In this document: piece after piece, positions 30,398-40,725 of the stretch | Position numbering within the stretch: position 1 is the stretch's first letter | Layout: each line of letters begins with the position of its first letter | From: Bacilli bacterium | GTDB lineage: Bacteria > Bacillota_I > Bacilli_A > RF39 > UBA660 | Assembly (NCBI GenBank): GCA_017484125.1 | Contig: JAFUTV010000002.1 | Location: forward strand, 737 to 64,736 | DNA length: 64,000 bases | Direction of reading: 5' to 3' | The notes under the pieces: model-generated | The model's input: only the letters and a program-made list of their open reading frames with translations | Database searches by the model: none | Told to the model about the DNA's origin: nothing | Position numbers and translations under genes: made by a program

Positions 30398-31258
30398 CTA
30401 TTTCTTTTCCCATCTTGCAAAGTTGCCACAAGGTAAAATAATATTAGAATTTTCTTCTTTGATTCCTAAATCATCAGCAAATACTTTACCACCTAAATCA
30501 TTAACCAAAGTAATATTTAAAATGTTTTCTAAAACTTGTTTAGGTAGTGCCGTTGTATATGAATTTATTAAAAATAGTAAAGGTTTATCTGATAATAATT
30601 CTTGGCATAGTTTAACAAGTTCAAATAAATTTTTTTCTATATCCCATACCTCTCCAGAGGATCCTCTACCAAAAGTTGGTGGATCCATTAAAATTATATC
30701 GTATTTGTTTTCCCTTCTTATTTCTCTTTTAACAAATTTTATTACATCATCTTGTAAAAATCTAATTGGTTTATCTTCTAAGCTTGATGATTTAACATTT
30801 TCTTTGGCCCAATCAATCATGCCACGCGATGAATCAACATGAACAACACTTGCACCAGCTTTTAAGCAGGCAATACTTGCTGCACCAGTATAGGCAAATA
30901 AATTTAATACTTTAATATCATTTCTTTTACTTTCTCTAATTATTTTATCTAAATAATTCCAATTATATGCTTGTTCAGGAAATAATCCAGTATGTTTGAA
31001 ACTCATTAATTTTAAATTAAAAGTATAATCATGATATTTTATTTGCCATGAAGATGGAATCATAGTTACTACATTCCATTTACCACCACCAGTATTACTT
31101 CTTATATATTTAGCATCGCACTTAAAATTGGCATTATCTTTATGCCATATTATCTGTGGATCTGGTCTTAAAAGAGTATATTTACCCCATGTTTCTAATT
31201 TTTGACCATCACTTGTATTTATTAATTTATAATCATTAAAATCATTAACTACTTGCAT
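30398..31258 (-). CDS. Class I SAM methyltransferase (RlmI/RlmK-like)
   Basis: HTGLFPEQ, VLNLFAYTG, DPPTFGRG. Confidence 0.88.
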   Translation of the reverse strand: MQVVNDFNDYKLINTSDGQKLETWGKYTLLRPDPQIIWHKDNANFKCDAKYIRSNTGGGKWNVVTMIPSSWQIKYHDYTFNLKLMSFKHTGLFPEQAYNWNYLDKIIRESKRNDIKVLNLFAYTGAASIACLKAGASVVHVDSSRGMIDWAKENVKSSSLEDKPIRFLQDDVIKFVKREIRRENKYDIILMDPPTFGRGSSGEVWDIEKNLFELVKLCQELLSDKPLLFLINSYTTALPKQVLENILNITLVNDLGGKVFADDLGIKEENSNIILPCGNFARWEKK

Positions 31259-31260
31259 AA

Positions 31261-31782
31261 TTACTTTCCTATTAAATACTTAGTTATTGGATCTATTAAT
31301 TCTAAGATACCATGAATTAAGAAGAAATATCCAATAATCATTACTTGAATATTACTATTGTAATTGAGTGATAAGGAAGCTAAAATACCAACAACGATAA
31401 ATAGTATTAAAGATATTACTCTAAATTTCCACATTCTATCTTTTCTATCATTATAATAATCTGTTTTAATAAATTTAATAACTGCCATCATAGTAACCCA
31501 TGACATAATAGAAACAGAAATAACATCAGTATTATCAAAATTAAAGAAGAAATCAATTATTCCTACTGTAAGAGATGCTAAAAATGTATATAAACCTTCA
31601 TAATCCTTTGAATCTCTAGTTAAGATAAATTGAACTAAATTAAGTATAGCATAACATATCATTACACTTATAAATATCAATTTAACATCGCTATATTTAA
31701 ATATTGAAAGAAAAACAATAATTATTCCTATAATAACTAAGAATGAATCAATAACTGTATCTATTTTTTGTTTAGTTTTCAT
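31261..31782 (-). CDS. HdeD/DUF308-like multi-pass membrane protein
   Basis: About 6 TM helices; IIGYFFLIHGILEL C-terminal pattern. Confidence 0.6.
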   Translation of the reverse strand: MKTKQKIDTVIDSFLVIIGIIIVFLSIFKYSDVKLIFISVMICYAILNLVQFILTRDSKDYEGLYTFLASLTVGIIDFFFNFDNTDVISVSIMSWVTMMAVIKFIKTDYYNDRKDRMWKFRVISLILFIVVGILASLSLNYNSNIQVMIIGYFFLIHGILELIDPITKYLIGK

Positions 31783-32332
31783 ATAATTCATATCCTTTCC
31801 AATTCAATCTATCTTTATAATACCACTCATTACTTACTTTGATATAAATATTTTCTAAGTCGACATAACTATTTTTAACATTTAAATATTCAAAAATTTC
31901 ATCTATTGCATTTATTAGTGATGCTCTTTTACTAGTTATATATATATCTTTTTCTCTTACTGTAACTAATACATTAGGTATTTTATCTTTAAACATATAT
32001 GGTATTATTAATCTTCGATGATAATTATCACACAATAATTTCATTTCATAAATATTATTATTTTTTTCTTTTAATAAAGTATTAACATTATGAGAGTTTG
32101 CATAATTAATAATTTTTTTATTGCTTTTTTCATCTATTGGAATATCTATTATAACATTATTTTTTTCTAAATCAACTACATATGAGCCATTATATAAAGC
32201 AACTATTGGTTTAATATCTAAGTTTTCAAATTTCTTTAATTTATTAACATCATCGGTTATTAAAACATACTTAACATCTTTTTCAATGATAGTATCTAAT
32301 TTCTTATCAATATTTAAAAAAACTACTCTCAT
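31772..32332 (-). CDS. Degenerate Cof/HAD-like protein
   Basis: VVFLNID, VALYNGSYV, ITSKRASLINAI resemble Cof motifs; catalytic DxD and GD motifs lost. Confidence 0.45.
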   Translation of the reverse strand: MRVVFLNIDKKLDTIIEKDVKYVLITDDVNKLKKFENLDIKPIVALYNGSYVVDLEKNNVIIDIPIDEKSNKKIINYANSHNVNTLLKEKNNNIYEMKLLCDNYHRRLIIPYMFKDKIPNVLVTVREKDIYITSKRASLINAIDEIFEYLNVKNSYVDLENIYIKVSNEWYYKDRLNWKGYELYEN

Positions 32333-32421
32333 ATTACATCACAATACTATTATACACTATATTAACAATAAATTTACACAAAATTTACTTCAACTGATGT
32401 AAATAAATGTAAAAAGCAAAT

Positions 32422-33066
32422 CTATTTAGATTTGCTTACAAAATATATTAATGCAATACCACCAATTAGTACAACAACAAGCAAAATAATAGTTGCAGAA
32501 CTAGATGTATTTTTATTTTCACCAATAATTGTTCCATCTTCTAGATTTATATCTTTTTTTATGTCGTATCTATCAGAGGTTTCATATAATTTTTTCACTT
32601 GTTCTAACATAGATTGGCCAATTGAATCTTGAAATCCCGAATAATATTGATCACCAATTACAGTAAAAGGAACTCCACTTGTATTTGTTTTTAATTTTTT
32701 AGCAACTGTTGACATTAACTTAGAGTTTGATTTATTTTCCCATACTTCATAAGTATAAATATTTGCATACTTTCCAATTTCATCAATATTGTTTGCTAGC
32801 CAAACTATTTCATCAAGGCAATGAGGACAAGAATTTCCTCTAAAAACATATATATTTACCTTATTATCCTCCATTTTATAATTAGATAAATCTGCATTTT
32901 TTAAAGCTTCAACTTCTGCCACATAGTTATCATTAGAGCCAAAAATTGAAATTTCTTCTGCTACTGCTTCATTAATAGTTGAATAAGTAATTGATTCAGC
33001 ACTTACCCCTCCTATTAAAACAAAGCTTGCTATTAAAGCAATAATTGTATAAAAAACTTTTTTCAT
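32422..33066 (-). CDS. Extracytoplasmic thioredoxin/glutaredoxin-fold protein with C-terminal TM
   Basis: Signal peptide, CPHC, GVPFTVIG..GF, TM. Confidence 0.8.
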   Translation of the reverse strand: MKKVFYTIIALIASFVLIGGVSAESITYSTINEAVAEEISIFGSNDNYVAEVEALKNADLSNYKMEDNKVNIYVFRGNSCPHCLDEIVWLANNIDEIGKYANIYTYEVWENKSNSKLMSTVAKKLKTNTSGVPFTVIGDQYYSGFQDSIGQSMLEQVKKLYETSDRYDIKKDINLEDGTIIGENKNTSSSATIILLVVVLIGGIALIYFVSKSK

Positions 33067-33087
33067 AAAATCCTCCTTAATTACATA

Positions 33088-33327
33088 TTACCATAAATCA
33101 TTTGTATTTTCCATATCTTTAATACTGCTTTCTATCTTAATAGCTAAATATCCTGTATAAAAAATACCTATACAAGATAATACACCACTTATACAAGATA
33201 TGATAGTTGAATAAATTACTTCATAAATCAATGATATTGTAAACATAACAGCTGAAAACAATATTGCAAGCAACCATATTGCAATTAGCAAATACATTGT
33301 TTTTAAAGTTCCTTTTACATCTTTCAT
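33088..33327 (-). CDS. Small 2-TM hypothetical protein
   Basis: 79-aa ORF; GGTGA RBS. Confidence 0.6.
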   Translation of the reverse strand: MKDVKGTLKTMYLLIAIWLLAILFSAVMFTISLIYEVIYSTIISCISGVLSCIGIFYTGYLAIKIESSIKDMENTNDLW

Positions 33328-33393
33328 CTAGTATCACCATAAACATAATAGCACATTATTTTACAATTTCATAGTATATAGTAAGGTGATTTT

Positions 33394-34185
33394 ATGGATT
33401 ATTTTTTAAATTTAAATCCCATTATTCAAACATTGTATGCAACAATTTTCACTTTTTTAGTTACTGCTTTAGGTGCGTCTTTAGTGTTCTTTTTCAAAAA
33501 AGTAAATAAAAATATTTTGGATGCAATGCTTGGAATATCTGCTGGGGTTATGATTGCAGCTTCTTTCTTTTCTCTTTTAAATCCAGCCGTATCTATGTCT
33601 GAAAACTTAAATATGAATGTTTGGCTAGTTTTATTTATAGGATTTACTTTAGGTGGAATTCTTTTATATGTTACAGGAATTATTTTTGATAGATTATTAA
33701 TAAAAAATAAACAAAGTACTAGTTTAAAAAGAAGTATTATGTTAGTACTATCTATTACTATTCATAATATTCCTGAGGGAATGGCTGTTGGTGTTGCATT
33801 TGCTTCTACCATGTATAATATTGAAGGTGCAACAACATATGCCGCAATAATGCTTGCTCTTGGAATTGGAATTCAAAATTTTCCAGAGGGAAGTGCTATT
33901 TCTCTTCCACTTCGAAGAGAAGGGACATCTAGATTTAAATCATTTTTTTATGGTAGTTTATCTGGAATTGTAGAAATTATATCAGGAATAATAGGTGCCC
34001 TACTAGTATTAAAGATTCGCATTTTACTTCCTTATTTATTATCCTTTGCAGCTGGTGCTATGATTTATGTTGTAATTGAAGAATTGATACCAGAATCACA
34101 ATCAAATGAAAAAAAAGATTTAATGGCTTTATTTACTTTAATAGGTTTTTCTATCATGATGATACTTGATGTAGCTTTATCATAA
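33394..34185 (+). CDS. ZIP family metal transporter (GufA/ZupT type)
   Basis: AGVMIAASF, TIHNIPEGMAVG, IQNFPEG, AAGAMIYVV.EELIPE. Confidence 0.95.
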   Translation: MDYFLNLNPIIQTLYATIFTFLVTALGASLVFFFKKVNKNILDAMLGISAGVMIAASFFSLLNPAVSMSENLNMNVWLVLFIGFTLGGILLYVTGIIFDRLLIKNKQSTSLKRSIMLVLSITIHNIPEGMAVGVAFASTMYNIEGATTYAAIMLALGIGIQNFPEGSAISLPLRREGTSRFKSFFYGSLSGIVEIISGIIGALLVLKIRILLPYLLSFAAGAMIYVVIEELIPESQSNEKKDLMALFTLIGFSIMMILDVALS

Positions 34186-34191
34186 TTTATG

Positions 34192-35031
34192 TTAATTATT
34201 TTCTACATAATAAGCATAATATTCATCAAATGTAATATCTTCTTCTCTTATTGTTTTAGCAGCTTTTTCTCCAACATAACGATAATGCCATGGTTCATAA
34301 GTGTATCCTGTTAATTTTTCACTGTCTTTAGGGTATCTTAAAATAAAACCATATTTATATGCATTTTCAGTTAGCCAATCATATTCTAAAGTATTTGCAA
34401 AACTATCATTGATAATATTAACATCAACTGTTAATCCACTTTGGTGTTCAGAATTTCCTGGACGTGCTGAATAAGTATCTGCTAAAAAACTTCCATCTAC
34501 ACTAACATAACTATTATATATTTTTTCTTGTGAAGAATATGAACGATATGCAGAAGAATTATAAATAATATATCCATCTTCACTTGCTTTTTCACACATA
34601 CTCTCGAATTTAATTCTTGCCTCATGCCTTAATTTATTATTTCTACCCATGTTATATTTTGAAGAAATAGTTTCTAAATCATTAGGCTCATAATCACTTG
34701 TTAAATAATAATACTTATTAATTAACATTAAATAATCTTTAGATACATCTGTTTTTATCATCTTTTCATAATAATTTCTATATGTTCCTGAATTAACAAG
34801 TCTAATGACATCAAAAGTAGATGTATCATTTAATAACATCATATTCAAATATTTATCTAAGTTATTACAAATAAAATACTTTTCTTTACTAAGTTTTTCA
34901 ATATTATCTTTATTTTCTTTACTAATTAAAACATTACAATAATAGTTTTTATTTAACTCATTCATAGTCGTTTTTGTATTACTGCAACCACATAATAAAG
35001 TAAAAAAAATTATTAAAAGTATTTTTTTCAT
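34192..35031 (-). CDS. M15B (VanY-like) D,D-carboxypeptidase lipoprotein
   Basis: Lipobox LCGC; SAYRS, SARPGNSEHQSGL..D, YEPWHYRYVG. Confidence 0.93.
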   Translation of the reverse strand: MKKILLIIFFTLLCGCSNTKTTMNELNKNYYCNVLISKENKDNIEKLSKEKYFICNNLDKYLNMMLLNDTSTFDVIRLVNSGTYRNYYEKMIKTDVSKDYLMLINKYYYLTSDYEPNDLETISSKYNMGRNNKLRHEARIKFESMCEKASEDGYIIYNSSAYRSYSSQEKIYNSYVSVDGSFLADTYSARPGNSEHQSGLTVDVNIINDSFANTLEYDWLTENAYKYGFILRYPKDSEKLTGYTYEPWHYRYVGEKAAKTIREEDITFDEYYAYYVENN

Positions 35032-35042
35032 AGAGTCTCCTT

Positions 35043-35618
35043 CTATATATTTAACATACTCTTAATAATATTATGCACATATGGTTTATATTCATTAATA
35101 GATAAATCAATTTTTTTAGTTATAACACTAAAACATGTAGCAGAAACAACTTCAAAAATCATAAATAAAGTAATTTCAGGGTTTTTAATTTTTAAATTAT
35201 TTTCTTTAACACCCTTTAAAAATAAATCATATAGTTTTGTTTCTTTACTACCAATTATATTTGTAAGTTTTTCTTCATAAATTCCTAGTGATAAATCTTT
35301 AGATATAAAATTAAGTATTGCCGGCTCATTATTAATATAATCTATAACATAATCTACAACAAAAATAATTTGATCATCAAATTTTTTTATTTGTTTTTTA
35401 TTTAATGCATCAATTGCATTATTAAATATTTCTTCAGATTTTTCAATTATTAATTCTTCTTGCAACTTATATTTATCTTCAAAATATAAATAAAAAGTCC
35501 CCTTTGCAACTCGTGCAGCATCAACAATATCTTGAATAGTAGTTTTGTTAATTCCTTTTTTAGTAAATAATTTATACGCACTTGAAAGAAGTATTGTTCT
35601 TTTTGATTTATCTTCCAT
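35043..35618 (-). CDS. TetR/AcrR family regulator
   Basis: TTIQDIVDAARVAKGTFYLYFEDK HTH; divergent from MMPL gene. Confidence 0.93.
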   Translation of the reverse strand: MEDKSKRTILLSSAYKLFTKKGINKTTIQDIVDAARVAKGTFYLYFEDKYKLQEELIIEKSEEIFNNAIDALNKKQIKKFDDQIIFVVDYVIDYINNEPAILNFISKDLSLGIYEEKLTNIIGSKETKLYDLFLKGVKENNLKIKNPEITLFMIFEVVSATCFSVITKKIDLSINEYKPYVHNIIKSMLNI

Positions 35619-35715
35619 CTTTATCCCTTCCTGCATAAAAAATATCACTTTTTTTATTAATAGTCAAACAAATTTAGAATTATTTAAAATAATTAAACAT
35701 ATAATGTAAATAATA

Positions 35716-35763
35716 TTGACTATTAGTCATTATTGTGTTATTATACTACTGACTTTTAGTCAG
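35716..35763 (+). promoter_or_regulatory. MMPL gene promoter with two TGACT-N3-AGTCA palindromes (probable TetR operators)
   Basis: TGACTATTAGTCA 35717-35729 and TGACTTTTAGTCA 35750-35762; TTGACT - 17 nt - TATTAT with extended TG. Confidence 0.75.
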
Positions 35764-35777
35764 AAAGGGTGATATGA

Positions 35778-38700
35778 TTGAATAAAATAAGTGAAGGAAT
35801 AGTAAAGAATAAAACAATCATTTTAATAATCGGACTTATACTTTTAGTTCCTGCAATAATTGGAATGATTAAAACTAAAATAAACTATAACATATTAGTT
35901 TACTTACCTGAAGATATTGAAACAATGAAAGGACAAGAAATATTAACTAATGATTTTAATATGGGCGCTTTTTCAATTTCTATACTTGATAACATGACTC
36001 CAAAAGAAATAATTGATTATGAAAATAAAGTAAGTATGGTTGATGGTGTTGAAAAAGTATTAACTATAAATGATATCATTGGAACAACAATTCCTATAGA
36101 AATATTACCAACAGAATTAAGAAATAAAGTATATAAAGATAATTCTACTTTACTTGCTATTACTTTTAAGAATTCTACATCAAATGAACAAACGCTAAAT
36201 GCTGTTGAAGAAATTAGAAAAATATCTGATAAGGCAAAAATTGGTGGTATGTCTGCTATGGTACTAGATACTATGAACTTATCAGATAAGGAAGTATCTA
36301 TTTATGTTATAATAGCTGTTATTTTATGTATAATTGTTTTAATGCTATGCTTAGATTCATATGTGGTGCCATTTATTCTATTAATTAATATTGGAATTGC
36401 TATTTTATATAATATGGGAACTAATATTTTCCTTGGTGATATATCTTATATTACAAAAGCAATTAGTGCCGTATTACAACTTGGAGTAACAACCGATTTT
36501 TCAATATTTTTATATCATAGATATGAACAAGAAAAAAAGAAAACGTCAAAAGATAAAGCTATGGCAATTGCAATAAAAGATACATTTGTATCCGTTGCGG
36601 GAAGTTCTTTAACGACTATTGCTGGATTCTTAGCACTATGTACTATGACCCTACTTTTAGGAAAAGATATTGGAATAGTAATGGCAAAAGGTGTTTTACT
36701 TGGTGTAATATGCGTTCTTACAATATTCCCTGCTTTATTATTATTATTTGATAAAATAATTGATAAAACTTCTCACAAAGAAATACTGCCAGAGTTTAAT
36801 CACATTAAAAATTTTACAATAAAACACTATAAACTAATATTAATTATATTCTTGATATTATGCATACCAGCTTATATTGGTAATAAAAATGTTGCATCTT
36901 ATTATAATTTATCTAAATCACTTCCAGAAGACTTACCATTTAATGTTGCTAATAATGCTGTTGAGAAAAAATTTGATATAGCATCCCAATCAGTAATACT
37001 ACTTGATAAAAGTATTAAAAATAATACTATAAATGAAATGATTGATAAAATAAATGAAATAGATGGTGTTGTTTTAACCTTATCATATTCAAAAATATCT
37101 GATCTTGGTATACCCGAAAGTATGTTACCAAGTGATTTAATCAAAATGTTAAAGAGTGATAAATATCAAATGATAATGATTAATTCTAAATATGAAACTG
37201 CAACTGATGAATTAAATAATCAAATAGATCAAATAAATACTATAGTTGATAAATATGATAAAGATGCTATAGTTGCTGGCGAAGGGCCCTTAATGAAAGA
37301 TTTAATAAAAATAAGTGATACTGATTTTCATAATGTTAACTATACATCTATTGCTGTTATCTTTATTATTATGTTATTTGTACTTAAATCATTATCTTTA
37401 CCAATTATTCTAGTTATAGCAATTGAATTTGCAATATTTGTTAATATGTCAACTTTCTATTACACTGGAGTAACACTTCCATTTATTGCTTCAATTGTAA
37501 TTGGAACAATTCAACTTGGTGCAACTATTGATTACGCAATATTAATGACTACTAAATATTTAGAAAAAAGAAAAACATCAGATAAATTTGAAGCAATGAA
37601 ATACTCACTTGATAATTCTGTCAAATCAATATTCACTTCTGGTTTATGTTTCTTTGCTGCAACATTTGGTGTGGGAATTTATTCTAAAATAGATATGATT
37701 GGTGCTATATGTAATTTAATTGCTCGAGGTGCAATAATAAGTATGATTGTTGTTATATTTATTCTACCTGCTCTGCTTTTAGTACTAGATAATTTAATAA
37801 TTAAAACAACAAAAGGATTTAAGAAAGGAAATGAGAAAAATATGAAAATAAAAAAGATTAATTTAGCAATGCTTAGTGTTGCATTATTACTTCCATTAAC
37901 TGTAAGTGCTGCAACTAAAAATGAAACTGTATATTCAATTATTAATAATGAAGGAAATGTTTCTACTACAGTTACTGATATTTTAGAAGGAATAAATGGT
38001 GATGTTCTTGATGAAAGTGATTTAGAAAATATATTGAATATAAATAGTGAAGAAAAATACTTCAAAAACGATAACTTATTAACATGGAAATCAAATGGAA
38101 ATAACATTTTCTATCAAGGAACTACAACAAAGAAATTACCAATAGATATTAGAATTACTTATTATTTAAATGATGAAGAAATTAATATAAGAAATTTAAA
38201 TAATAAATCAGGACATATAAAAATTCAAATAGATTATAAAAATAATGATAAACATGGTGATTTATATACTCCTTTTTTAGTAACAACAGGTATGATATTA
38301 AAAGATGATGTTACTAATGCTAAAATAAATAATGGTAAAATCATTCAAACTGGTTCACAAAACATAATTATTGGTTTTGCTGCACCAAATATTTCTGACA
38401 GTCTACAAATTAAGGATTTAGAAAAATTTAATAGTATTACTATTGAATATGATACAACATCATTTAAGAGTTTTGATATATATAATGTGTATTCGCCTAA
38501 TTTATTTTCAAGTGATAGTTTATCTTCATTAGATAAATTAGATGAATTATATTCTAAAATGAATACATTATCAGATTCATCTACTAAATTAGTAGATGGT
38601 TCTAGAGAATTAGCTGATAAAATAAAAGTATTAAATGAAGGCACTAATAAATTATCTAATGAACTTAATAATAAAATTAATGAATATGAAAATTTAAAAA

Positions 38701-40070
38701 TAAAATTTTCAGATAAAGAAAAAGTGGAAAATCAGATAACTGATGCAATTAATAAGGAATTAAAAAACTTAATGCCAGAATTAAAACAATTAGCTCAAGA
38801 TGAGGCAAAAACTGTAATTAAAAACAATTTAAAAGGAGAAAATGGTTTAGAAAGTAAAACAGTTGAAACTATTATAAACTATAGTAATGAGGCAATTAAT
38901 GAAAAGATTAAAAATTTGCAAAATAAAGATATAAAATTATCCGATGATATAATCAATGCTGTTTCAAAAAATCTTCAAATAGTTCTTAAAAATATTACTG
39001 AAAAAGAAGATGTTAAACAATTAGAAAATAATATAAAGCAATTAATAATTAGAGATCTTAAAAAGAGTGTAAAAGAAACAACAACAGGTGCAATTAATGC
39101 AAAGATTAATTCTATGAAAAATCAAATTAAAGATCCTTCTAAATTAATTAGTGGATCAGATGCCCAAAATTTAAGTGCTGCAAAAACTCAAATGGCTCAG
39201 GCAATGATTCCTGGTATCAAAGCACAATTTGCACAAAAAGGTATAGAAATATCAAATGAAGTTGCCTACTCTAAAGCATTAGAATCTGTAAATAATCTTG
39301 TATCAACAATATCTAAAAAGACAATGGATACGACATTAGATCAAGTAGGTGCATTATCTAATGATATATCAGATGAAACTATTGATTCAATTATTTTAAA
39401 TTTTAATACTTCAGAATCATTAAAAACTGCACTCACAAATTATACATCTTCAATTATTAATGAAATAAAATTAACATTAGGTGAAGAAACAATAAAAGCA
39501 TTAGAAAAAAATATAGCAAAAGAAATAACAGATGAATTAATTAACACATTTAAAAACGACGAATTATTGCAAAAGGAAGTATATTCAAAAATTCAAAATG
39601 AAATAAATATCACAATTGAAAATGTTGCTTTAAAAAGTGCTAAAAAACTTGCCAATGACTTTACTGAAGATTTAGCAAATCAAATAGCATCTAATTTAAT
39701 TAATAAACAATTTAATGGAGAATTAAGTGAAACCAAACTTAATATGGTATTATCAAAATATGAAAATAAAATTAATACAAAGCTAAGTGAAGTTGATAAT
39801 GAACTAAAAGTTTTAAAAAATGCATTAAGTCAATTGACTGATGGTACAAATAAGCTTCAAGATGGTTCGTCATTATTAGCTGGTGGTGTAAAAAAATTTG
39901 ACGATGAGGGAATTAAAAAACTAGTTGAGTACGTTAATGGTGATGTTAAAACATTAGAAAGTAGAATTAAAAATTTAGCAAAATTAGGAGAAAACTATCA
40001 AACATTTACTATGAAAAATTCAAAAATGAACGGTGAAACTAAGTTTATTGTTAAAATTGAAGCAAATTAA
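35778..40070 (+). CDS. MMPL/RND family transporter fused in frame to a YhgE/Pip-like coiled-coil protein
   Basis: LQLGVTTDFSIFL and IQLGATIDYAIL MMPL repeats; after M689 a signal-like segment, KNETVY, and L.DGx.xL repeats. Confidence 0.88.
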   Translation: MNKISEGIVKNKTIILIIGLILLVPAIIGMIKTKINYNILVYLPEDIETMKGQEILTNDFNMGAFSISILDNMTPKEIIDYENKVSMVDGVEKVLTINDIIGTTIPIEILPTELRNKVYKDNSTLLAITFKNSTSNEQTLNAVEEIRKISDKAKIGGMSAMVLDTMNLSDKEVSIYVIIAVILCIIVLMLCLDSYVVPFILLINIGIAILYNMGTNIFLGDISYITKAISAVLQLGVTTDFSIFLYHRYEQEKKKTSKDKAMAIAIKDTFVSVAGSSLTTIAGFLALCTMTLLLGKDIGIVMAKGVLLGVICVLTIFPALLLLFDKIIDKTSHKEILPEFNHIKNFTIKHYKLILIIFLILCIPAYIGNKNVASYYNLSKSLPEDLPFNVANNAVEKKFDIASQSVILLDKSIKNNTINEMIDKINEIDGVVLTLSYSKISDLGIPESMLPSDLIKMLKSDKYQMIMINSKYETATDELNNQIDQINTIVDKYDKDAIVAGEGPLMKDLIKISDTDFHNVNYTSIAVIFIIMLFVLKSLSLPIILVIAIEFAIFVNMSTFYYTGVTLPFIASIVIGTIQLGATIDYAILMTTKYLEKRKTSDKFEAMKYSLDNSVKSIFTSGLCFFAATFGVGIYSKIDMIGAICNLIARGAIISMIVVIFILPALLLVLDNLIIKTTKGFKKGNEKNMKIKKINLAMLSVALLLPLTVSAATKNETVYSIINNEGNVSTTVTDILEGINGDVLDESDLENILNINSEEKYFKNDNLLTWKSNGNNIFYQGTTTKKLPIDIRITYYLNDEEINIRNLNNKSGHIKIQIDYKNNDKHGDLYTPFLVTTGMILKDDVTNAKINNGKIIQTGSQNIIIGFAAPNISDSLQIKDLEKFNSITIEYDTTSFKSFDIYNVYSPNLFSSDSLSSLDKLDELYSKMNTLSDSSTKLVDGSRELADKIKVLNEGTNKLSNELNNKINEYENLKIKFSDKEKVENQITDAINKELKNLMPELKQLAQDEAKTVIKNNLKGENGLESKTVETIINYSNEAINEKIKNLQNKDIKLSDDIINAVSKNLQIVLKNITEKEDVKQLENNIKQLIIRDLKKSVKETTTGAINAKINSMKNQIKDPSKLISGSDAQNLSAAKTQMAQAMIPGIKAQFAQKGIEISNEVAYSKALESVNNLVSTISKKTMDTTLDQVGALSNDISDETIDSIILNFNTSESLKTALTNYTSSIINEIKLTLGEETIKALEKNIAKEITDELINTFKNDELLQKEVYSKIQNEINITIENVALKSAKKLANDFTEDLANQIASNLINKQFNGELSETKLNMVLSKYENKINTKLSEVDNELKVLKNALSQLTDGTNKLQDGSSLLAGGVKKFDDEGIKKLVEYVNGDVKTLESRIKNLAKLGENYQTFTMKNSKMNGETKFIVKIEAN

Positions 40071-40093
40071 AACGAAATATTATTTCGTTTTTT
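40069..40093 (+). terminator. Intrinsic terminator
   Basis: AAAACGAAATA-T-TATTTCGTTTT plus T run. Confidence 0.7.
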
Positions 40094-40171
40094 TATTTAT
40101 AATAAATGTATATATATTCTAGTTTTTTTATTATTTTAATGGTATAATTGTCTTGGTAAGGAAGATAAATC

Positions 40172-40723
40172 ATGATAATAAATTTTTTCAAACATTTACA
40201 TAAAATAAATACACATCGTTTTAAGGTTTTTGTTCTCTGCTGTAAGTGTGGAATTCCTTTTCGTGGGCTTATGCATGATTTATCAAAGTATTCTCCCATC
40301 GAATTTTTTGAAGGTGTAAAATACTATACCAATGGGAAACATTCTCCAATAATTGATTGTAAAAAACAAAATGGTTATTCAAAAGCATGGTTACATCATA
40401 AAGGAAGAAATAAACATCACTCTGAATATTGGCTAGATCTTGCTGCACCAACAAAAGCACCAATTATTCCATTTAAATATAGTGTTGAAATGATATGTGA
40501 TAAAATTGCTGCTTCAAAAACTTATAATGGAAAAAAATATACAAATATGTCCGCATATTATTATTGGAATAAAAATCGTGATAATGAAATAATGAATAGA
40601 AAAATACAAGGATTTATAACAGAAGTTTTAGAATTACTTGGAGCATATGGAGAAAAGAAAGTATTGAATAAAAAATATTTATTAGATATATATAATAAAC
40701 ATGTCAAAAGGAAAGGAAATTAA
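40172..40723 (+). CDS. DUF5662-like HD-fold protein
   Basis: HDLSKYSP.EF, AWLHHKGRNKHH.EYW, EMICD. Confidence 0.8.
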   Translation: MIINFFKHLHKINTHRFKVFVLCCKCGIPFRGLMHDLSKYSPIEFFEGVKYYTNGKHSPIIDCKKQNGYSKAWLHHKGRNKHHSEYWLDLAAPTKAPIIPFKYSVEMICDKIAASKTYNGKKYTNMSAYYYWNKNRDNEIMNRKIQGFITEVLELLGAYGEKKVLNKKYLLDIYNKHVKRKGN

Positions 40724-40725
40724 AT

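Noticed and set aside
30375-30842. 155-aa plus-strand ORF and other short nested ORFs (e.g. 1258-1539, 28651-28971, 37679-38107, 44906-45127)
   Set aside because: They lie antisense to or inside well-supported genes and have no recognisable motifs.
37842-40070. YhgE/Pip-like region as the missing T7SS EsaA
   Set aside because: It lacks the C-terminal multi-TM region, is about 30 kb from essC and belongs to a TetR-MMPL unit.
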